From NCBI GenBank assembly GCA_002269645.1, contig NIVC01000222.1, positions 248,001 to 312,000 on the forward strand: 64,000 bases of DNA. The letters run 5' to 3'. The DNA comes from Macrostomum lignano (taxonomy: Eukaryota). Shown here piece after piece: positions 43,461-52,812 of this stretch. Position numbers and translations under genes: made by a program. The notes under the pieces are model-generated. The model searched no databases and was not told where the DNA came from. It saw nothing but the letters and a program-made list of their open reading frames with translations. The number at the start of each line of letters is the position of its first letter. Position 1 is the first letter of the stretch.

Positions 43461-44654
43461 CAAAGTTCCATGTGGAGTGTGACGATGCTGCCAAAAAAAC
43501 GTAGCGCTAGGGTATCAAAGTTCCAGCAAGTTCCTGTGAATAAATGGAGCATGCACATGATACGTATTCGGCGCGCACTCACAAAGGGTGTACGGAAGTC
43601 CTGAGTTTCTCATTGTCAGACAGTGTCCACAGTCTTGCATCTTCTATACCGTATATAACTTACTTAGCTCTCTGTCACGGCCTATGTGTCAGACTAGGGA
43701 GCCAGTCGTGTACTCGGCGCTTTAATTAGAGTCAATGTACGGTGCTTGTTTTTCATTTATTCCATTGAATACTATGATACTACAGTGTTAAGCATTTTAA
43801 AGGCAACAAAAATATTGTGTCGTACAAAAATGTGCAGAAATTGGATGCGCTTGCTGTGTAGAATACGTAACGATGTATAGATATTATTGCTTCTATAAAG
43901 CATGATACAACGATGGATGTCATTCATGGATGCAACTCTAACGAGCTATAGTGCCCGCAATTTCAATCTTCTACTTAAAGATCCGTACGAGTATGTCTCT
44001 GGGCTGCTTTTTGTGGGGAATCACTTTGCAATAATTATTTGTAAACTTGCGCTAGATTTTAGCCACTTAGGAGCGTATTGTCAGTTAGACATGCAGACAA
44101 CAGCGAAATTTTAACTATAGAGAACATCACATAATTAAGGTCAACGTACTTTCGCTTAACTTCCACGTTCGATTGAAGCACAAAAGACGTATTATTTATG
44201 AAAATACATGTACTTTTAAAGCGTTGTATAATGTCTGCATGTAGCTAAAACTACAAAAATAATAACTTGTCAGTTACAGAATTTTTGTCAAAACAAATTT
44301 AAATTAGGAATTGTCGAAAATTACACAGATTGTAAAAGAAAAGTCAGTCGATTTGTAATTTAATTTTAAAATGACAAATGATTTTATTGTAACGTTTATG
44401 ATCACTTTTAACCCGGCGTTTTAACAATTCTTACTTTAACTAATCACAAAAAAGCTTGATTCATAAGCAATTCAAAGGTCAGAAGATGCAATAGCTACTG
44501 GGAATTTAGAGCTAAAAAACGGGCACTTTCTATGTCTTCAATGCGAGGGAAAATCAGCCCCAAATTTGAACAGATTGCGATAGAGAGCATTCTCCTAGTT
44601 TCTATTCTTTGTTGCCATGGCTCAAGAACAGAAATTTAACTCATTTTTTTGCTT

Positions 44655-45362
44655 TCACGAAAGCTCTTCTTCCACTGTCTTTCGAGCCTCTTCCGTGTTT
44701 TTTCTCGCCTCAGCGTGTCTTCTAGCTGCCGTCTCTGCTTCTTTCGTCACTTCTTCTAACAGTTGCGTTGCAGAAGCTAAAGCTTGCTCGCCAACTGAAT
44801 GCTGAGATCTATTGTATTCTTCTAAAACCATGCCAAGTATCTCAAACTTTCCATTAGCATCTTGCTTGGCGTCCATTTCTTGTTGCTCTGCAAGCTTCAC
44901 ATTTTGTAGCAAACCATTTAAACGAGATTTCTGCTCTTCAACTTGACTGGTGTTTTCATCCAGCGATGTGGCATCGCTAGGCTTGACCTTGTCCAGCTCT
45001 TTCATCAAGGCTTTGTTATTTGAGTTGGCCGCACTCAGCTGCTCAAGCGCAACAGCCTTCTCTTGCTTTTCAATGTCCAGTGCCTTCATCAGCTGGCTCA
45101 AAAAGTCGTCAGTTAGTGGTAGCGACGTGGAACCTCTGTCTCTGGATTGCTGCAGTTCCACCGCGGAAAAGAAGACCTGCTTAACTGACTCGGGCGATGC
45201 AGCTTGTCGACACAGCGGGCAGGTGCGATTAGTTCGGAGCCAATTAGTGACACACTTGTGAAAGACGTGCGTGCAGTTTGGCAGGATCACACAGTCGCTG
45301 TTGCTGTCGAATTGGTCGCTGCAGATAGTGCAGGTGAGGCCATTGTAGTTGCTGGTAGCCAT
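44655..45362 (-). CDS. TRAIP-like RING/coiled-coil protein, copy C (intronless, ~235 aa)
   Basis: Nearly identical to copy B over the RING and first coil. ATG at 45362 in the same context as B; shorter C-terminus. Confidence 0.8.
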   Translation of the reverse strand: MATSNYNGLTCTICSDQFDSNSDCVILPNCTHVFHKCVTNWLRTNRTCPLCRQAASPESVKQVFFSAVELQQSRDRGSTSLPLTDDFLSQLMKALDIEKQEKAVALEQLSAANSNNKALMKELDKVKPSDATSLDENTSQVEEQKSRLNGLLQNVKLAEQQEMDAKQDANGKFEILGMVLEEYNRSQHSVGEQALASATQLLEEVTKEAETAARRHAEARKNTEEARKTVEEELS

Positions 45363-47495
45363 GGATATTGTAGCTATGCTTGGCCAAATAGAAAATGAAG
45401 AACTTCGTTGGCTCAAAGAGACTTTACTCGACCTAGCGATGCAGTTATAAGTTTTTTAAGAGGCTCTTGCTGGGCAGTTAAAATTTTTCAGACATTACGC
45501 AGCTTTTACGAGCGTCTTTAGGTGTTCTTTTACATTCCGGATCTCTGCAATCCGCGTCTAGAATGCATTCTATTGGACAAAATACGAGCAATAGCCCAAA
45601 TATGCACAAAGAAGTACAAGCGACGCTCCAGAATTTTTTGCATCCGCCAAGAGATGATTTTGTGTCCAGTAGACTCTATCCTATTATTCGCTGTTTTCTC
45701 AGCAAGAAACAAAGCAAAACTGAAAGGTAAAGACGAAATTAATATTGCGTTTTTAAGCTACTTAAAGTATTGCCAGTAGTATTAGCTACTGAGACACCGA
45801 GTGATACAGAAGCTCAAAATAGACTGCTGTGAAGCTCCAAGTGGAGTGAGATAATATTGCCGAAGGTGTTGCACTAGGGTTTCCAAATGCCAGCAGGTTC
45901 CTTTGAACAAAATGAACAAGCACACGCATACGTACTCGTAGCCATATTCGGCCCGTGCACTCACACAAGGTGTACAGAAGTCCTGAGCTTCTCATTGTCA
46001 GACAGTGTGCATTTGGATCTTATTTGACGTATATACTGTACCCTATAAATAGCTCTCTGTCAAGGCAGCTTCGTTGCAGACTATGGAGCCAGTCGTGTAC
46101 TCCGCGCTTTAGTTAGCTAATGTCAAATGTACTGCGTCTTTCATTTAGCCTGCTATGATAGCTACTATGCGGTTAAGCATTGTAAAGGCCAAAAAGTATT
46201 ATTCGTGCCATAATGTGCAGAAAGTCTGACTGCGCTTGCTACATACACTCTAGACTATATGTAACGATTGCTTTTTAGTTTTTATAAACATCCCTATGAT
46301 AAAGTGTCTTCATGGGTAATTTTTGTCGCAACATATTGCAAAAACTTGTTCTTTTTTGTAAACTGCTATAATTTGTAGGTTCTTATAGCCATGTATATAG
46401 ACATGTAGACAACATAGCTACGAGTATAAGTGTTAAGAAGAGAAGAGAACAATCATAAAAGGTCAACGTTTTATTGACCTTTGTAGCTACCTACAAAGGC
46501 TACCTATTTTATAACATAGTTGTCCTGTAGCTAAAACTACATGAAAAAGAAGTACTGTATAATTATGAACAATTAAAAGAAATTAAAATTAGAAATCGTA
46601 GATAATTACAAACTTTTTAAAGTCCTCGCGCTGTAAAAAATATTTTTAAATTTTAAGTCCTTTCCGTAAGGAGAACTAAGTGTATTTGTATTGAATTTTA
46701 ATTCACAGATATATACGTCTTTTCGGATAGTAGATTCAAAGTATGAAAGTACATGGCTTTAATGTGATTTGTGAACTTTTCAATCCAGTGAAGTTCCTAC
46801 TTAATTTAAAGAACAGTTAAATTTCTCGGACATTACACTGTTGTATTTAAGTGTCCTTTAAAATACGGATCCCTGCATCCGCGTGTACGAGTAGGAAACG
46901 TACTAGTGAACAAAAACATGATGAGTAGCTGCACTAGCAAGCCCACATTTGCACTAGCAAGCTACTTGTAGTACAGATAAAGCTCAATAATTCTTATGCA
47001 TCCGCCAAGAGATGATGAGTTTCTGTCCAGTAGACTCTATTCCATTAGCTATTTCGTCAACATGAAAGTATAGTAAAAGAAAAAGTTGAGGACGAAAAAA
47101 TAAAGCTTTTTTCATCTACTTTAGGTAGTACGAAATTTGCCAATTCCTACGAGCGTATATACTAAAAATGAAAATATTACTAAATTTCCGAATTTAGTGA
47201 ATATTTATTGTGAATATTTATAGTGAATCCGGACAATTCACGGATTTGTACATTTCAGCAGTAAAATAGAGAGAATCTTTTCTGAGGCATAATATACAAC
47301 TCGAGTATTAGAACGTCAAGGCAACAAAAATATTGCTCGTGCAAAGATGTGCAGATCATTCTGACGGCGCTTGCTGCGTAGACTACGTAACGATGCACTT
47401 TTGTTTTTTTAACGTCTCCGGGCTGCTTTTTGTCGCAACTTTGCTATCATTTTTTGTAAACTTGTGCTAGATTTGACAAATTCTCTTCAAAAGCA

Positions 47496-48446
47496 TCAAT
47501 CTCCGCTTGAAGTTATTGACTTTCCACGTTTCAGCGCTTCAAGTTCACTTCTGGACAATTCTGCTTTAAGAGCATGAAGGTCCGCTTCAAGTTTTGGTTT
47601 TTCACGTTTCAGCGCTTCAAGTTCACTTCTGGACAATTCTGCTTTAAGAGCATGAAGGTCCGCTTCAAGTTTTGGTTTTTCACGTTTCAGCGCTTCAAGT
47701 TCACTTCTGGACAATTCTGCTTTAAGAGCATGAAGGTCCGCTTCAAGTTTTGGTTTTTCACGTTTCAGCGCTTCAAGTTCACTTCTGGACAGAGGCGTGG
47801 CAACACACTGACTGCTAGGCTTGACCTTGTCCAGCTCTTTCATCAAGGCTTTGTTGTTTGAGTTGGCCGCACTCAGCTCCTCAAGCGCAACAGCCTTCTC
47901 TTGCTTTGCAATGTCCAGTGCCTTCATCAGCTGGCTCAAAAAGTTGTCGGTCAGTGGTAGCGACGTGGAACCTCTGTCTCTGGATTGCTGCAGTTCCACA
48001 GCAGAAAAGAAGACCTGCTTAACTGACTCGGGCGATGCAGCTTGTCGACACAGGGGACAGGTGCGATTATTTTGGAGCCAATTAGTGACACACTTGTGAA
48101 AGACGTGCTTGCAGTTTGGCAGGATCACACAGTCGCTGTTGCTGTCGAACTGGTCGCTGCAGATAGTGCAGGTGAGGCCATTGTAGTTGCTGGTAGCAAT
48201 GGATATTGTAGCTATGCTTGGCCAAATAGAAAATGAAGAACTTCGTTGTCTCAAAAGGAGACTCGACTCGATTTTGGAATGCAAAGTTCTTAAGAGGCTG
48301 TTGCTCGACAGTAAAATTTTTCTGGCAATAAACTGCTCGTATTTATGTCTTTTACATTGCGGATCTCTGCATTCGCGTCGTGGAAAAATTTTATCGGCCA
48401 AAAATATGAGTAATAACCCCAAGTGTGCACGAAAAAGTGCAGACAT
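47496..48446 (-). CDS. TRAIP-like RING/coiled-coil protein, copy D (316 aa ORF; homologous ATG mutated; C-terminal 26 aa repeats)
   Basis: The ATG used by B and C is ATT at 48200-48198; an in-frame ATG lies at 48446. Three perfect 78 bp repeats lie at ~47525-47790. Confidence 0.62.
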   Translation of the reverse strand: MSALFRAHLGLLLIFLADKIFPRRECRDPQCKRHKYEQFIARKILLSSNSLLRTLHSKIESSLLLRQRSSSFSIWPSIATISIATSNYNGLTCTICSDQFDSNSDCVILPNCKHVFHKCVTNWLQNNRTCPLCRQAASPESVKQVFFSAVELQQSRDRGSTSLPLTDNFLSQLMKALDIAKQEKAVALEELSAANSNNKALMKELDKVKPSSQCVATPLSRSELEALKREKPKLEADLHALKAELSRSELEALKREKPKLEADLHALKAELSRSELEALKREKPKLEADLHALKAELSRSELEALKRGKSITSSGD

Positions 48447-48785
48447 GCAATGCTCAATAAGTCTTAGCCTTCACCGAGAGATGAGTTTCTGTATAGTAGA
48501 TTCTTTCCCATTCGTTATTTTCTCAGCATGAACAGAAAGTTAAAGACAAAGTTAATAGTACGTTTTAAAGCTACTCAAAGTAGTACATATATTGCTAATA
48601 TTAGTTGAATTTTCGAATAATTATACGAATTTGAATATTTGTGCGGTAAGATCAAAAAATATTTTTCGACGCATAATACAACACGGATGGATTGGTCTGC
48701 ATATGCTTTAAGAAATCAGTCTTGGGAGCGTAAAATATATAATACACCACTGTATACTCTAACAATCTCTTGAAGTACCATCATT

Positions 48786-50624
48786 TTACAAAGCATTGAC
48801 ACCATCGATTGAGTGGTCACTAGTACGGATCTCAGCCTCACCCACGATCGGCAAGATTGGCAAGGAGCCAAAAGATGACTCTTCAGTCTTCTTGCAACTA
48901 TTGGCACCTGCCTCTGAGAGTAGCAGATGACGAGTCGCTAGGTGAAAACTGTTCAAACGTTTCGACAGCTGGAAGCTCTCAGCCTCTACAGCGAGAATTT
49001 TGTCTGCCAGGTCCATGTTGCGCGACTTTTCAATCTCCAGTGAGTCCATCAGTTCGATGACCTCCTGTTGGCTATCCTGCAGCTGGTCAAGCATTCTTGC
49101 ATTGTTTCTTTTCTGATCGGCATTCCGAGCTTCAAGCTGATGAAGCCTCCCCTCCAGCCTCTTGCGCACGAGTCCTTCTTCATCAAGTTGAGCGCGGAGT
49201 TTTCGAGCTTCGTCTGACATTTGTTCGTACTCTTGAGCTAGCAGCTGCATCAGTTGGCAGTTCTCGGATTCCTGTGCAGAGTATAGAGGATGCTTTCCAT
49301 GAGAAATAAAACTATCAGAGCCAAGAAGCGGCAGAGTTGAAGAGATTCTAGAAATATACGCTTGTAGTAGCAGTCTGAAGAAGTTTTAACTCGATCAGTT
49401 AAAGCGATTTTAAAAAGTTTCTCCTCTCCTCTCCTCTCCTCTCCTCTCCTCTCCTCTCCTCTCCTCTCCTCTCCTCTCCTCTCCTCTCCTCTCCTCTCCT
49501 CTCCTCTCCTCTCCTCTCCTCTCCTCTCCTCTCCTCTCCTCTCCTCTCCTCTCCTCTCCTCTCCTCTCCTCTCCTCTCCTCTCCTCTCCTCTCCTCTCCT
49601 CTCCTCTCCTCTCCTCTCCTCTCCTCTCCTCTCCTCTCCTCTCCTCTCCTCTCCTCTCCTCTCCTCTCCTCTCCTCTCCTCTCCTCTCCTCTCCTCTCCT
49701 CTCCTCTCCTCTCCTCTCCTCTCCTCTCCTCTCCTCTCCTCTCCTCTCCTCTCCTCTCCTCTCCTCTCCTCTCCTCTCCTCTCCTCTCCTCTCCTCTCCT
49801 CTCCTCTCCTCTCCTCTCCTCTCCTCTCCTCTCCTCTCCTCTCCTCTCCTCTCCTCTCCTCTCCTCTCCTCTCCTCTCCTCTCCTCTCCTCTCCTCTCCT
49901 CTCCTCTCCTCTCCTCTCCTCTCCTCTCCTCTCCTCTCCTCTCCATTCTCTCCTCGCCTTTCTCTCTTCTCCCCTTTTCTTGTCGCCTCTCTTTTCTTCT
50001 CTCCTCTTGTCTTCTTTATTCCATCTCCTCTCTCTACTCATCTGGCCCGCATTTAGGCGCTACGAGTAAATTCTTTATTTTGCATCCCTGGATGTACAAT
50101 GTTTGCCAACCCCTGGGGTATTGTATTCAATGAGTAGCTCTATTTGAACTCTTCATCTGCTGAGCCAGTGACTCCTGGCAACTTCTGAGCTGAGTAGTGT
50201 ACTCATCCAGCTGACGCTTCTTCTGGCTGAGATCCCGTTTCATCATGAGGTCTCGCTGCTTGCTCCGTCGCACCTGCTGCTTGGCAAGCTCTTGTTCTTT
50301 GGTGACTTCAGCCAGCTTCGCTCGCAACTCAGCCAGTCCAGGTAGCTCTGCTCCATCACCGGTGCGGTCTTCGCTGCTGTTCTCTTGATCTCCGAAGCTG
50401 AGATAGATCTTCAGCTGGTCCTTTTGGGGGTTGCGCAACCGCCTGCGGCACTGCGGACAAGTTTGACTCTGCTTGAACCATTCGCCTGCGCAGTGACTGT
50501 GAAACACGTGGCCACAGGGTAGAGCTGCCATGTCGGAGAACTCGTCAAAGTTGCTGGTGCAAATCAGACATGAGGCTGACGGCTTTGCAGTGGCGGACAG
50601 TGACATTGTCATGCATTCGGCCAT
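48786..50624 (-). CDS. TRAIP-like RING-H2/coiled-coil protein, copy E (canonical RING; probably two coding exons)
   Basis: CLICTSNFD...LPCGHVFHSHCAGEWF...TCPQCR, close to the TRAIP RING. The second coiled-coil exon is 49271-48786 (acceptor CTGCACAG, phase 0). Candidate phase-0 donor GTGCGA at 50273; otherwise the first ORF stops at 50127. A 5' UTR intron spans 50645-51183. Confidence 0.72.
49420..49945. repeat. Perfect (CTCCT)n microsatellite
   Basis: About 105 uninterrupted copies, the complement of the 31-33 kb tract. Confidence 0.95.
50035..50114 (-). mobile_element. hAT-like MITE end adjoining the (CTCCT)n tract
   Basis: On the - strand: CAGGGGTTGGCAAAC...GCGGGCCAGA then GA-rich sequence, the same layout as at 30878. 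The second TIR was not found. Confidence 0.5.
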
Positions 50625-50689
50625 TGCGCGGTGCTACTGGCTACCTGCAAATAATGGTTTAGGTTTGGCTATGGGATTAGGTTAGGTTT

Positions 50690-50968
50690 AGTCAAATGTC
50701 ACTCATGACCGTCAAATGTCACTCATGACAGTCAAATGTCACTTATGACAGTCAAATGCCACTCATGACAGTCAAATGTCACTCATGACAGTCAAATGTC
50801 ACTCATGACAGTCAAATGTCACTCATGACAGTCAAATGTCACTCATGACAGTCAAATGTCACTCATGACAGTCAAATGTCACTTATGACAGTCAAATGTC
50901 AATGGCAGTCAAATGTCACTCATGACAGTCAAATGTCACTCATGACAGTCAAATGTCAATGGCAGTCG
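50690..50968. repeat. Intronic minisatellite, 20 bp unit (GTCAAATGTCACTCATGACA)
   Basis: About 13 copies in the 5' UTR intron of copy E. Confidence 0.9.
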
Positions 50969-52812
50969 AAGTGTTTTTAAGAGACCCGTTTTAAGCTTTG
51001 AGTGACGCACTTCTGAAAACTAATTCGAAATGTGGCAATCTGACAGAGTTTCGAGTTTTAGGATCCGTTTTAGGGATTTTTTTCAGTATCCCTTCCCAAT
51101 GACGTCAATACATGGAGGGCTCCTGATTCTGTGAGAGAGAGAGAGGCTTCAATCTACGGCAGGCATGAGAAGAAAGAACTTACCAAATGGTGCTCTTTGT
51201 TTTTTGTAAGTTCGGGTGTCTTCAAATCAGTTGCTGGATGATTTTTGATAGTCAAAACAGACCCTACCCGTAATAGCCAAGAATAGATTCCAGCTAGATT
51301 CGTCTGTCTAAAAGCTAGCTGCTAAAGGAGTAGGAATTTTCGTTTTCAGTTCATACCTCTAGCGTGCGTACAAGTTGGTAGTTCAGCGTGACAAACCCAA
51401 GCCCAAGCGCTGTACATTCTGCCTATAGCCGGGCAGAAGAAAAAATGGCTACTTGATCGTACTTTCCGTTGCATAGAACAAAATAGCTCTCCAAATGCAC
51501 ACAATGCCCCAATGTGCACGTTTTTATACATTGGTCAGTGCTTTACTACAGTACAAACGAGAAACTTCTTTCTTGCTCACACCACACGACGTCGTCACAA
51601 CGCTAAACACACTGGCTAATTACTCAATTATTTTTTGTAAAAATGTTAATTGATTTCAAAGCTATATTTTCATATTGAAGCTAAGTACTAAAAACTGACT
51701 GAGTGCCTTCATGTACAGCTATACAACTTAAGTACGTAGTTTTGGGTAGATATATTTCTCTTAACAAGTACAATTTCACCTCTTTCCCCTGGTTTATGCA
51801 AATACTGTACAGCAGTGCAGCAAATAAGTTTTGTCTTAATCAAAGCGGAACCATGTTGCTTACGCTCGTAGACTGTAAGCAAGGGTCAGTAACCACTCAG
51901 ACGGTACTTCCAGAGGGTGTAGTATACTCGTATACACTCAGCAACATGCTAAAGGTTCCATCTCGAAACCAGTGATCCATTTTTCTCAGATTACAGAGCT
52001 TCAACTCTAGCCACAACTCTCCACTCTCAATCAGATGTTTTCACGGGCCAAGCAGTTGAGGCAGGAAGCGCTGTGTGTGACCAACCCAGGCTGCTCTCTG
52101 AGCGACCGTGATGACATCCACGCCTGACTGCGTGATTCCCTGCAGTACCATGGAACTCCAATCCAGTGTAGATTTGATTTCGTCTGGTGGACTGTCCAGC
52201 TATTCTATGCTCTGTCTGCGTCTGTACCATAGACTATAGACAGTGTCTCTACCATACTGCATAATTGTAACTATATATGTAACCATCTACAGTATGAGCT
52301 GCTTCGCTCCTTTGACTACCGGCTTTCTTCCCTTTTGCCGCAGTATTGATAGAACAAGGGGCTACTAATACAGCTCCTTTATGTTACGTTAGAACAACTG
52401 ACTCTCTTTATCAGGAATTCAACTGCTTAAAAAACTTATCTCCTAGGTAAAATCAGGTGAAATGTGCATGTAGCTTATGAGGTACCTGTATCTGTTTCAT
52501 TTGCTACTGACTATTTGTACTCAACACTTCTATTGTGGTTAAATAAATACTTAAACACATCACTATTAACAGAGTGAGTAAGTTAACTTGCTTAACAGGT
52601 TTTTTTTTGATTATCGGTTAAGAAAAATTTAACTAAAGAAATGAAACATGCTCCGTCGTGTAATAAAATAAACGACAAAGACAATAGTTTTTTGCGACCT
52701 AAAGCAGCCGTGTCTTGAAGAAAATTAATCAATTGATAGTCTTTAGTTGCCCACCACCGTTTGTTTCTTAATTAATATTGTAATCATCCATACAACTCAA
52801 AGAGATGCCTTC

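Noticed and set aside
51960-52230. GC-rich segment with short - strand ORFs
   Set aside because: No convincing splice pair or domain; cannot be supported as an exon.
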